A stretch of DNA of 64,000 nt, taken from contig CAVUSO010000001.1 of NCBI GenBank assembly GCA_963744145.1, positions 5,920,001 to 5,984,000 on the forward strand, in the 5' to 3' direction. Shown piece after piece: positions 54,465 through 64,000 of the stretch. The stretch's first letter is position 1. Each line of letters opens with the position of its first letter. This stretch comes from an uncultured cyanobacterium. GTDB taxonomy: Bacteria > Cyanobacteriota > Cyanobacteriia > Cyanobacteriales > CAWUOF01. The notes beneath the pieces were generated by a model that was not told where the DNA came from, searched no databases, and worked only from the letters and a program-made list of their open reading frames with translations. The translations under genes and the position numbers were made by a program.

Positions 54465-55262
54465 TCAGAGACTTTTTAGCACAGCACTACCATTTCCAGG
54501 AAACATCACCCAAGAAAGGAAAAAGTTGGCAACAAAAATAGACAACAGAGCAGTTACTACTGCTGCGGTGGTGGATTGTCCTACTCCTTTGGCTCCACCT
54601 GTCGTGGTCAAACCCCAACTACACCCAATCACTGCAATCAATGCGCCAAAGCAACAGGCTTTAATTAGACAACTACTAATATCCCATACATCTAAGAATT
54701 TCCGAACTGAGTCAATAAAGATGGCCGAGGAGATATGATAAATATTCGCAGAAATTAGCAATCCTCCTGCTATCCCGGTCATGAGGGAGAAGATGGTTAA
54801 AATTGGTAGCAGTACACAACAGGCAATTACACGGGGAATTACTAGGTAATCGATCGGGTCAGTTTTGAGCATATATAGAGCGTCAATTTGCTCTGTAACT
54901 TGCATGGTGCCAATTTCAGCAGCAAAAGCTGATCCTACTCTTCCTGCTAAGATGACTGCGGTTAAAACTGGTCCTAATTCCCGCGCTAAGGATAAGGCTA
55001 ATACACCCCCCACCGCAGTACCTGCACCTAAGCTAATAAATTCTCTTGCTACTTGGATCGTAAAGACCATCCCCACGAAACTAGCAGTTAATAGGGCAAT
55101 AAACAGAGATTCTGGGCCAACAATGATCATCTGCTCAATGGTGTTCCGTCGATGGATCTTACCTGCTAGTAAATGGACTAAAACTTGACCACCTAAAAGA
55201 ATAGCGGCGAGAAGACGTTGACTCCATACTTCCAGACTAGGACGATTAGTGGGTTGGTTCAA
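54465..55262 (-). CDS. MlaE/Ycf63 lipid ABC transporter permease
   Basis: RELGPVLTA, GSAFAAEIGTM.VTEQIDAL, GGAKGVG. Confidence 0.92.
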   Translation of the reverse strand: MNQPTNRPSLEVWSQRLLAAILLGGQVLVHLLAGKIHRRNTIEQMIIVGPESLFIALLTASFVGMVFTIQVAREFISLGAGTAVGGVLALSLARELGPVLTAVILAGRVGSAFAAEIGTMQVTEQIDALYMLKTDPIDYLVIPRVIACCVLLPILTIFSLMTGIAGGLLISANIYHISSAIFIDSVRKFLDVWDISSCLIKACCFGALIAVIGCSWGLTTTGGAKGVGQSTTAAVVTALLSIFVANFFLSWVMFPGNGSAVLKSL

Positions 55263-55549
55263 TGTGAAGTTATGTTATGGCTTTTTGAACTCATTTGTAT
55301 TTCTAATAATGATTTTAATCTACGATTTACTCTGCGAATCCCTGATCTTGGGAAAAAAACCTGATTAACTCGGAGTGGGATTGCGGCTAGATGAATTATG
55401 GTTACAGATCTTCACCAAGATTTTTTAATGAATTTTTAAGATTTCTGACAACTTAGTTATAGTAATGCGATCGCTCGTATTGTAGATCAAGGTTACGTTG
55501 TCCATTATGTCTGCTTTCAGGCCATTTAGCTGGACTTAATCTAGATTTT

Positions 55550-55843
55550 ATGAGTATTTTACCCAATTTTCTTTGCTCCTTGTTATTGACTACTGTTTTC
55601 AGTTTTACGGTTCCCCTACTTTTCATTGGGGGCATTTTGGGCAGTTTATTTTTGCTCAGTTATATACCAAATCTGGAATTGTTGGGTCAATCTGGGGCTG
55701 AACAAATTTTGGAGTTTCTGTCCACTTTTGGCAGTGGACATCCAGGGGAAGGGTTGTTAATTATTGGGATAACTTGTAGTTTAGTGGGAGCAATGTTTGA
55801 TACCTACGCTTTTTACAGGTATCAGAATTTGCGGGGACAATAA
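55550..55843 (+). CDS. Small membrane protein
   Basis: Two hydrophobic segments; FGSG...FDTY. Confidence 0.7.
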   Translation: MSILPNFLCSLLLTTVFSFTVPLLFIGGILGSLFLLSYIPNLELLGQSGAEQILEFLSTFGSGHPGEGLLIIGITCSLVGAMFDTYAFYRYQNLRGQ

Positions 55844-56036
55844 CCTGAGTTTAACTATTCAATGTTGGTGTTTGTGATATTAGCAATCGAATTGTTTTGA
55901 TCAAAAAAGTACGGCAATTACGATCGCTGTTGGGAAAACAACCGAATCTCTTAATTTTTGAGTCTCCAGTATATTAGAAGCAAGCTGAAAGAACAGCTTT
56001 GCATCTCTTAAATTCTAGTTAAAGGAGGCAACAATT

Positions 56037-56477
56037 ATGGCTCTGATTCGTTGGGAACCTTTCCGGGAAGTTGAAAGCTTACAACGGGAAATGAACCGTC
56101 TTTTTGATGCCATGAACCCGAGTAGCGATGGAGTTTCTAATAACCTTGTCTTTGCACCAGCAGCGGAACTTCAAGAAACTTCGGATGCAATTCATCTGAA
56201 AATTGAAATTCCTGGTTTAGAAGCAAAAGACTTAGATGTTCAAGTAACGGCTGAAGCCGTGTCTATTCGTGGTGAACGTCGTTCGGAAAGCAAGACAGAA
56301 GAAAAAGGTGTTTTTCGGACTGAATTTCGCTACGGGAAGTTTCAAAGAGTAATTCCTCTACCAGTCCGAATTCAGAATGACAAAGTAGAGGCGGAGTATA
56401 AAAATGGTGTTCTGACTCTCAACTTACCAAAAGCGGAAGAAGAGAAAAACAAAATTGTCAAAATTAACCTCGGCTAA
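56037..56477 (+). CDS. hspA: Small heat shock protein Hsp20
   Basis: MALIRWEPFRE, EFRYGKFQR, YKNGVL; AGGAGG RBS. Confidence 0.92.
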   Translation: MALIRWEPFREVESLQREMNRLFDAMNPSSDGVSNNLVFAPAAELQETSDAIHLKIEIPGLEAKDLDVQVTAEAVSIRGERRSESKTEEKGVFRTEFRYGKFQRVIPLPVRIQNDKVEAEYKNGVLTLNLPKAEEEKNKIVKINLG

Positions 56478-56513
56478 TTTATCGCTAGGTTAAATCATCC
56501 TAGATTTTGATCG

Positions 56514-56546
56514 AAAAACAGTCCTAATCCTTAGGGCTGTTTTTTT
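56514..56546 (+). terminator. Intrinsic terminator after hspA
   Basis: AACAGTCCT...AGGGCTGTT followed by a T-run. Confidence 0.75.
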
Positions 56547-56776
56547 GTTTAATCAATCTTTGGCATAAAAATGTTACTGCGATCGCCAATAAATTTTGTC
56601 CAGATTATTGTTAATTGGAATAGTCGCAAATATCAGTCCTAGTTATAGAGAATATTTCGCAAAACAAATTTTCTAGTTGAGCTAAAGTAGCTGTCTATAA
56701 AAAAAAGATATATAATTATTGACTGCTACAGTAGTTTAAAGGCAAAATCTAGTTCAATAAGAGTGTTGAGGTGGTA

Positions 56777-57235
56777 ATGAATCGTCGTACTTTTCTTGGT
56801 TGGGTGGGTGTTGGTTGGTTAGCTAGTTCTTTACCCATTGCGATCGCTGCTTGTTCTAATCAGACCAAAACCGAAACTTCTGGGACCCCAACACCTCCTC
56901 ACCCCCCAAACAATGATGGATTTAAGGTGATTGGTACTGTTTCTCAGTTAGATCAGAAAGGAAAAATTCTCAATAAACAATTTTCTAGTCACGGAGTATT
57001 AGTAGTTCGTCACCCTGATGACCCTAATCGCTTATCTGCGGTCAATCCGATCTGTACTCATAAGGGTTGTACAGTAGACTGGAAAAAAGATAGTAAAGTA
57101 TTTGATTGTCCTTGTCATCATGCTAAATTTACCGCTGATGGCAAAATAGTTAAAGGACCGGCTAAAGAACCTTTGGCTACTTATGAAGTAAAAATTGCTG
57201 GTGATTCTATTTTAGTTAAAGAAAAACAATCCTAG
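56777..57235 (+). CDS. Tat-exported Rieske [2Fe-2S] lipoprotein (PetC3-like)
   Basis: NRRTFL, IAAC, CTHKGC, CPCHHAKF, GPA. Confidence 0.9.
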   Translation: MNRRTFLGWVGVGWLASSLPIAIAACSNQTKTETSGTPTPPHPPNNDGFKVIGTVSQLDQKGKILNKQFSSHGVLVVRHPDDPNRLSAVNPICTHKGCTVDWKKDSKVFDCPCHHAKFTADGKIVKGPAKEPLATYEVKIAGDSILVKEKQS

Positions 57236-57366
57236 TAATTTGTATGGGAGACTATTCCGAGGGTGCGATAGTCTCCCTGATGGAAAAATAATTGAGTGCT
57301 AAAATGAAATTTTCACAAAAGTTACTCACTAACCAAGTAAATAATTAGCGGAAATGGTCTAAACTG

Positions 57367-57966
57367 ATGACAAATCTAATTGCATTTCGGAAATTACACC
57401 GGAAAATTGCTCCCCTTATCTTCCTACCTTTAATTCTTGCTGCAATTACAGGAATTCTTTACAGTTTAGCCACTAATTGGCTGGGGATAGATGAAAGCGC
57501 CGCACATATCTTGATGAAAATTCATAAAGGTCAATATCTCGGCTATCAATTATCATCAGCTTATGTGATTTTACTTGGTTTAGGCTCAATCGGGATGATT
57601 GTGACTGGTTTAACTATGATTAAGTTATTTCCCAGTAAACGTCCCCAACGACCAGGTGCTAAACTCGATTTTCGTCGAATTCATCGTCTGGTTGCACCTG
57701 TGTTCTTTTTACCTTTAACCATTAGTACCATCACTGGTGTAGCCTATCAAGTGGGACACAGTTTGTTACGAATAGATGATGAAAAAGTAGAAATTTTTAT
57801 GATTATTCATCAGGGAGAATATCTGGGCGATTTCTTGAAGGTAGTTTATGTACTATTGGTGGGATTAGGGGCGATCGCCCTCTTAATAACGGGTTTAGAT
57901 ATGACCGGTATATTTCGCAAACCCCGTCAAACTAACCCACCCACTCATCACGACTCTGAGTCATAA
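57367..57966 (+). CDS. PepSY-associated TM-like membrane protein with duplicated His motifs
   Basis: FRKLHR..ITG..IHKG and FRRIHR..ITG..IHQG internal duplication. Confidence 0.75.
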   Translation: MTNLIAFRKLHRKIAPLIFLPLILAAITGILYSLATNWLGIDESAAHILMKIHKGQYLGYQLSSAYVILLGLGSIGMIVTGLTMIKLFPSKRPQRPGAKLDFRRIHRLVAPVFFLPLTISTITGVAYQVGHSLLRIDDEKVEIFMIIHQGEYLGDFLKVVYVLLVGLGAIALLITGLDMTGIFRKPRQTNPPTHHDSES

Positions 57967-58267
57967 TACTCATATTTTCTCCGAAGATCAGCTCTTGACT
58001 TCTCAACCGTAGCACTAATATAATTGCCGAATCGGATTTTAACCACGATTATTTAAAAATAATACCTTTTTTTTCTAAACTTAATGATAAATTTTTTCGA
58101 TAAAGTAAGCAATAAACTCTATACTATAGAAGAGAATTAGCAATAAATGGCCAAAAAAAAGAGTAATATTTGGCTTGAAAAGCTTATTTTACAGGCTTTT
58201 TGGGTCAAAGTTACATATTTATTGAGTAATTCTTAATGACAAACTATATGGGTGTGAAGGAGAAAAT

Positions 58268-60142
58268 ATGTTACAGATTGGACGAACTGTTTTAGTAATG
58301 ACCCCAGCAATAGTAGGAGTAGTCCTCTTATCGAGTCTAAATGCAATGGGGGTAGAAAAACCCTTAGACTCCCCCTTCGACTTCGCCCTTCGACTTCGCC
58401 CCCTTCGACTACGCTCAGGGCAAGCTTCGACTACGCTCAGGGTAAACTCAGGGAACACTCAGGGCAAGGCTCAGGGTAAACCAAAATTGCCGAAACCCGA
58501 AATTGCTCAGATTGAAGCGATCGGGAATCAAGATCACGATGACATGCTAGGAAGCGAAACAGATTCAGCTAGTCTGTTAGAGGAACCGGATTTAATCGGG
58601 AGAAGTTCAGATGGTAAAGTTACCACAGTTTCTGAATTATCGGACGTTCAACCAACTGACTGGGCTTTTCAAGCAATCCAATCATTAGTAGAACGCTATG
58701 GTTGTATAGCAGGATATCCTGATGGTACGTTTAAGGGAAACCGCGCTTTAACTCGATACGAATTTGCCGCAGGTTTAAACGCTTGTATGGATAAAGTATC
58801 ACAATTAATCGCAGCTAACGGTGGTCAGGGAATCAGGAAAGAAGACTTAGGAATTTTGCAAAAACTCCAAGAACAATTTGCCACAGAATTAACCAATTTG
58901 CGGGGAAGAGTAGATTCTTTAGAAAAACGTACCGCTGAAATTGCCGCCCATCAATTTTCTCCCAGCACTAAATTAAATGCTGAATCAATTTTTGCCTTCA
59001 TAGATGTTGGTGGAAAAAATGCTAGTGGTCAAAATATCTATAGTTCTGGGGTGCTAGGAACAAGAACTCGTCTCAATTTTGATACTAGCTTTGTTGGTGA
59101 AGATAACCTCAGAGTTCGACTCCAAGTTGCTAACTTAGATGCTTTATCTAATAATACCACCCAGACGACAGAAGGAGATTTACGCTTTACCACTCCTACC
59201 CCTTATCAAAAAGGTAGTAATCAGATCCTTTTAGATGCTCTTTTGTATTCTTTTCCGATTGGGAAACAAACTACTGTAGTTCTTGAAGGTAACGCTGGAG
59301 CTGCTGATGACTTTACTAATACCATTAATCCTTATATTGATGGTGATGGAGGTAACGGTGCTTTATCGCAATTTGGCACCCGTAATCCCATTTATTATTT
59401 AGTTAATGGTACGGGACTGGGAATTAGGCATCAATTTAATGACAAACTAGAACTTAGTCTGGGATATTTAGCTAATAATGCTAATGATCCTAGTAACAAT
59501 GGAGGATTATTCAATGGAGCTTATGGTGCGATCGCGCAATTAACTGTTAAACCTAACGAAAAATTTACCTTTGGTTTAACCTACGTCAATTCGTATAATA
59601 ACGATTTCACTGCCAATGGTAGCAGTGGTAGCAATCGTGCTAATATCACTTCAGCCTTACTCAGCGATAATGGTGGTTTACCAAGCAGTTTAGCACCTTT
59701 GCGAGGTTCATTGTTATCAAATTCTCGCAATTCATACGGTGTAGAAGCATCCTGGCAAATTAGCCCTAAGTTTGTGATTAATAGTTGGGGTGGTTATACG
59801 GCTACACGCATTTTATCTACTTTGAGTGGAGCAACTAATCGAGGGGATTTGAGTATTTGGAATTGGGGAGTTACTTTAGGATTTCCAGATTTGTTGAAAG
59901 CCGGTAGTTTAGGGGGTATTGTAGTGGGGATGGAACCACAAGTAACCAGTGTTAGCAATTCTTTAAAAGGAACGATCGGCAAAGATCCAAATACTGCTTT
60001 TCATATTGAAGGTTTTTACCAGTATAAAGTCTCTGATTATATAGCGATTACTCCTGGACTTATCTGGATTACCTCTGCTGATGATAATAAGAGTGACGGT
60101 AGTATTGTGATTGGTGCTATCCGGACAACATTTACCTTCTAA
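58268..60142 (+). CDS. SLH-domain cyanobacterial porin (OprB/iron-uptake porin family)
   Basis: SDVQPTDWAFQA..LVERYGC..GYPDG, RLNFDTSF, C-terminal RTTFTF. Confidence 0.93.
   Translation: MLQIGRTVLVMTPAIVGVVLLSSLNAMGVEKPLDSPFDFALRLRPLRLRSGQASTTLRVNSGNTQGKAQGKPKLPKPEIAQIEAIGNQDHDDMLGSETDSASLLEEPDLIGRSSDGKVTTVSELSDVQPTDWAFQAIQSLVERYGCIAGYPDGTFKGNRALTRYEFAAGLNACMDKVSQLIAANGGQGIRKEDLGILQKLQEQFATELTNLRGRVDSLEKRTAEIAAHQFSPSTKLNAESIFAFIDVGGKNASGQNIYSSGVLGTRTRLNFDTSFVGEDNLRVRLQVANLDALSNNTTQTTEGDLRFTTPTPYQKGSNQILLDALLYSFPIGKQTTVVLEGNAGAADDFTNTINPYIDGDGGNGALSQFGTRNPIYYLVNGTGLGIRHQFNDKLELSLGYLANNANDPSNNGGLFNGAYGAIAQLTVKPNEKFTFGLTYVNSYNNDFTANGSSGSNRANITSALLSDNGGLPSSLAPLRGSLLSNSRNSYGVEASWQISPKFVINSWGGYTATRILSTLSGATNRGDLSIWNWGVTLGFPDLLKAGSLGGIVVGMEPQVTSVSNSLKGTIGKDPNTAFHIEGFYQYKVSDYIAITPGLIWITSADDNKSDGSIVIGAIRTTFTF
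58361..58480. repeat. Nested short dispersed repeat CCCTTCGACT(A/T)CGCTCAGGG, in frame within the porin
   Basis: Left halves clustered first and right halves after; 120 bp. Confidence 0.85.
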
Positions 60143-60449
60143 AATTTTCTCTAGCTAGAACTTCTGATCAGTTTCTACTGAAGAGGTTTAACAGCTTAGT
60201 TTCAGCCCAAAAATACCGCCATATCTATCTATAATTACCGGATTTTAGAATAAATGGCGGTATGCTAATGGAAAAATGATTAAACTTTTTCTAATGGGAT
60301 TTTCCGACCAGCGATCGCCCTATTTTATTTCTCGATATTCTCAGATTGATGAGTTAGCATAAAGTAATTGTAAATTTTTGACAAAAACCCTTTTTTAGGT
60401 TAGATTAATGGCTAATGAAACTTTGACTTGCCAATTGGTAAGATAAACT

Positions 60450-60752
60450 ATGACCAAAAATGTACTAACTTGGTTCAGCTATTCTAGTTCAATGGCTTTA
60501 GTCCTGCTAACCGTGACTATAGCCAATGCTAGTGAAGTAAAATCACCATCGGTGCCATTATCAGTACCAACGGTAACAGATACCCAAACAATCGGTGCAA
60601 AAGTCCAAGGATCTGGTCCCTATTCCGCACTGGATGTGAATAGTGATACAATTGGAGATATCGCGATCGCCAAATTTGGTTGCGATTGTCCAGCTTGTCG
60701 GAACCAAGCACTCCAAATGATTCAGTTAGGGAAAATAAGTCTTACTCGTTAG
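60450..60752 (+). CDS. Small secreted protein with AKFGCxCxxC motif
   Basis: Signal peptide (ANA-S), AKFGCDCPACRN. Confidence 0.8.
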   Translation: MTKNVLTWFSYSSSMALVLLTVTIANASEVKSPSVPLSVPTVTDTQTIGAKVQGSGPYSALDVNSDTIGDIAIAKFGCDCPACRNQALQMIQLGKISLTR

Positions 60753-60927
60753 TCTTTCTGATGAGAACGGTTAACTAGATGGGGTACATTTACCCCATGT
60801 TGGATTGAAAATTACCATCACATTGGGTCTTTTCTCACCTGAATAAAAAATTAAGTGGTTAGTCAATGCTTAAATCAGTTAAGTGTTGTAACTAAATTCG
60901 GCTCAAACCTACTTGTGGCAATAGATT

Positions 60928-61227
60928 ATGAATAAAAATGTCTTGACTTTATTGGGTTGCACTGGTTCTTTATCTTTGCTCCTGTTAACAGGTAATAGTG
61001 CTAGTGCTAGAATGGCTAACGCCCAAGATGCAGCTTTCCCTGAAGCAAACAAGATTGAAGCACCAAGCACTAATAATAGTATTTCTCAAGAAGAACCCCA
61101 ATCATCACAAGTCCTATTTAACCAAAAAGTTGAGTTGATTGCCTTAGCTAAGTTTGGTTGTGCTTGTGCTAACTGTCAAAATTTAGTCCGTCAAATGATC
61201 AGTTCTGGTCAAATTCAAGCAAACTAA
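60928..61227 (+). CDS. Small secreted protein with AKFGCxCxxC motif (paralog)
   Basis: Signal peptide (ASA-R), AKFGCACANCQN. Confidence 0.8.
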   Translation: MNKNVLTLLGCTGSLSLLLLTGNSASARMANAQDAAFPEANKIEAPSTNNSISQEEPQSSQVLFNQKVELIALAKFGCACANCQNLVRQMISSGQIQAN

Positions 61228-61636
61228 ACCTATATTTATAAACAACGGGGATTGGATTAGGTTAAATCATCCCCGCTGCCTAAACTAGACCCATCATTTG
61301 TCCCATTTGAGAGAGGTGAGCTTTGGACAGATTGGATCATAGGGGATAGAAAAGTTATAGTAATTACGGATATTTCCCTGATCCCTATCTTGAGATTGCT
61401 GATCCCTAATGCCTTGAGATGATTACCATCAACAAAAATCTATTGAGTAAATCCATAAATCATTAATAAATTTAATCTAAATTTTATTGAATAGATTGCA
61501 TAAATCTAATATGATACATAGATATTACTGAATTAGTCAGCTTTTTTCTCATAAGAAAAAATAATCTCTAGAAAAAAGTATTGATCTAAATACCTAACTC
61601 TGCCATAGTTAATAAGGTACTCTTGAATATGGCAAT

Positions 61637-62614
61637 ATGTTAATCCAACCTTTAACGATTCTTAAGGAACGCGATCAAGCTGGCAATAATGATGCTGAAG
61701 ATGTGATTCAAGGTTTAAGGAAAAATCCAAAAACTTTACCAGCAAAATATCTTTATGATCATGATGGTTCTCAATTATTTGAAAAAATCTGTGAGTTACC
61801 AGAATATTATCCAACCAGAACCGAAGCATTTATTTTGAGCGAATCTGCTGATGAAATTGCTCAGATCACAGGTACTTGCGAATTATTAGAATTAGGAAGT
61901 GGGAGTTCTACTAAAACTCGGATTCTGTTAGATGCTTATCAAAGCCAAGGATATCACTGTAAATATGTACCGATCGACGTGAGTGAAAGTATTCTGAAAT
62001 ATAGCGTTAATCAATTACAACAGCAATATCCCAATTTACATATTAAAGCATTAGTTGGAACTTATGAACAGGCGCTAGCACAATTAACTCCTACAGCTTT
62101 ACCAGCAAGAATGATTTTTTTCTTGGGGAGTTCTATGGGAAACTTTACTATCCAAGAATACGATACTTTTTTAAACCAAATTAATGATGTCCTCAACCCA
62201 GGAGATTATTTTTTGCTAGGGATTGACCTGCAAAAACCAAAAGAAATTTTAGAAGCAGCTTATAACGACAGTCAAGGAGTAACATCAGCTTTTAACCTGA
62301 ATATACTCTCCCATTTAAACTGGCGTTTTCAGGGTAACTTTAACATTAATTCATTTACCCATCAAGCCACTTATAATCAACAGGAAAATCAAATTGAAAT
62401 GTATTTACATTGCCAAGAAAGCCAGGTAGTACATTTGCAAAACCTTGACTTGAAAGTAAATTTTCAAGCTGGGGAATACATTCGCACGGAAATTTCGCGT
62501 AAATTTCAATTAGAAGCGGTGCAAAAAGAACTAGAATTAAAAGGATTAAAACCCTTAAAAGTATTTACAGATCCACGAAATTGGTTTGGTTTAATTCTTT
62601 GTCAATCATTCTAA
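61637..62614 (+). CDS. egtD: L-histidine N-alpha-trimethyltransferase
   Basis: PAKYLYD..GSQLFE.IC.LPEYYPTRTE, ELGSGSS.KT, FLGSS.GN, AYND..GVT..FN.N, TEISRKF. Confidence 0.93.
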   Translation: MLIQPLTILKERDQAGNNDAEDVIQGLRKNPKTLPAKYLYDHDGSQLFEKICELPEYYPTRTEAFILSESADEIAQITGTCELLELGSGSSTKTRILLDAYQSQGYHCKYVPIDVSESILKYSVNQLQQQYPNLHIKALVGTYEQALAQLTPTALPARMIFFLGSSMGNFTIQEYDTFLNQINDVLNPGDYFLLGIDLQKPKEILEAAYNDSQGVTSAFNLNILSHLNWRFQGNFNINSFTHQATYNQQENQIEMYLHCQESQVVHLQNLDLKVNFQAGEYIRTEISRKFQLEAVQKELELKGLKPLKVFTDPRNWFGLILCQSF

Positions 62615-62652
62615 TGAGATTAAGTTCTTATTCCAAATTTACTTAAAAAACC

Positions 62653-63987
62653 ATGAATAATAGTAGCAAATGTGTATCACCGATTCAACTGAATAATTGC
62701 ACAACAGAAACCATTTTCAATTACTTTCAAAATGCTTGGGAGTGGGAAGATGTACTAATGAACAGCATCGTGGGAGAAGAAGCGTTTTATCTTAACCCAG
62801 ATTTATTAAGAAACCCCCTAATTTTTTATTTAGGTCATTCTGCTGCTTTTTACATTAACAAATTAATCCGAGTTAATTTGTTAGCAAAACATCTTAATCC
62901 AGATTATGAAAGATTGTTTGGAGTTGGCGTTGATCCACAAACTTATAAGGAACTAAATACAGTTATTTCTAAAATTAAATGGCCCAGTTTAGCTCAGACT
63001 TGGGAATATCGTCATCAAGTTTATGGAATAGTTTCTGAGCTAATTAAAAATCTCACCCTGGATCTACCAATTCATCAAAATCATCCTCTTTGGGCTCTAA
63101 TGATGGTGATCGAACATCAGCGAGTTCATATCGAAACTTCTTCGATGCTGATCCGACAACTTCCGATTGAGAAAGTTGCCCATCCCCAGAACTGGGAGTA
63201 TGCTCCTGGTAATGGTTACACTCGTGAAAATAAAATGATTGAAGTTGCTGGGGGAGTAGTAAAACTTGGCAAAAATAATGATGATTTAACATACGGATGG
63301 GATATTGATTATGGCGATCGCACGGTAGAGGTAAAATCTTTTTTAGCCAGCAAATATCTGATTACGAATGCAGATTTTTTTAACTTTGTCAAAGATCAGG
63401 GTTATGAAAACCCCAGCTATTGGGATGAGGAAGCTTGGAATTGGAAAACTGAATATGAGATTAAACATCCTAAATTCTGGATACCAGAAAATGATCATTA
63501 TAAATATCGTGCCATGTTTGACGAAATTGACTTACCATTTGATTGGCCCGTTGAAGTCAATCAGTATGAAGCGATCGCTTATTGTCGGTGGGTAGGTAAT
63601 CAGAGTCGATTAATGACTGAAGCTGAGTATCATCTAGCTACTTATCCTCATGGATTAGCAGCAGATCCAGATAATTACAATTTGAATTTAAAATTTGGTT
63701 CACCTCATCCAGTGGGTTTATTAGAAACAGCCAAAAGTGAGTGTGGATTGTATGATTTACGGGGGAATGTTTGGGAATGGCTAAGTGATAACTTAACTCC
63801 TTTTTCCGGATATCAACCTCATTTTCTGTATGAAGAGAATTCGGCGATTTATTTTGATACTAAGCACAATATGATGTTAGGTGGATCTTGGATTACTAAC
63901 GGCATCGAAGCATTAAAATATTACCGCAACTGGTTCCGTCCTCATTTTTATCAACACGCTGGGTTTAGAATTGTGCAAAATCAGTAA
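62653..63987 (+). CDS. OvoA-like sulfoxide synthase lacking the methyltransferase domain (ergothioneine EgtB function likely)
   Basis: RNPLIFYLGH, EHQRVHIETS iron ligands, FGE-like domain, GNVWEW, FRPHFYQHAGFR. Confidence 0.88.
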   Translation: MNNSSKCVSPIQLNNCTTETIFNYFQNAWEWEDVLMNSIVGEEAFYLNPDLLRNPLIFYLGHSAAFYINKLIRVNLLAKHLNPDYERLFGVGVDPQTYKELNTVISKIKWPSLAQTWEYRHQVYGIVSELIKNLTLDLPIHQNHPLWALMMVIEHQRVHIETSSMLIRQLPIEKVAHPQNWEYAPGNGYTRENKMIEVAGGVVKLGKNNDDLTYGWDIDYGDRTVEVKSFLASKYLITNADFFNFVKDQGYENPSYWDEEAWNWKTEYEIKHPKFWIPENDHYKYRAMFDEIDLPFDWPVEVNQYEAIAYCRWVGNQSRLMTEAEYHLATYPHGLAADPDNYNLNLKFGSPHPVGLLETAKSECGLYDLRGNVWEWLSDNLTPFSGYQPHFLYEENSAIYFDTKHNMMLGGSWITNGIEALKYYRNWFRPHFYQHAGFRIVQNQ

Positions 63988-64000
63988 ATTGGAATCTACC

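Noticed and set aside
55905..55950. K-box-like heat-shock element upstream of hspA
   Set aside because: Too degenerate to call
1..64000. Frequent GCGATCGC as a novel repeat
   Set aside because: It is the well-known cyanobacterial HIP1 octamer

Overview
Cyanobacterial chromosome segment (abundant HIP1 octamer GCGATCGC; psaAB, ftsQZ, fur, ffs, Rubisco-activase-like gene). It holds hybrid histidine kinases, an RND efflux module with MarR, two decayed convergent toxin-antitoxin loci, three IS elements (ISAs1, IS630, IS110), many nested REP/MITE-like repeats, and a terminal Rieske-porin-CxCxxC peptide-EgtD-OvoA-like cluster. Two RNA-guided signals stand out. (1) An IS110 element whose left end reads as a complete bridge RNA, with guides matching both its own junction and the local GTAGGGGCAGG REP-like repeat it has inserted into; it also has an unexplained ~420-nt structured right end. 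(2) An ORF-less, pseudoknotted, omegaRNA/HEARO-like element in the psaA-psaB spacer. Three genes carry single-base frameshifts that may be assembly errors. All calls come from reading the sequence and recalled family motifs; no searches were run.
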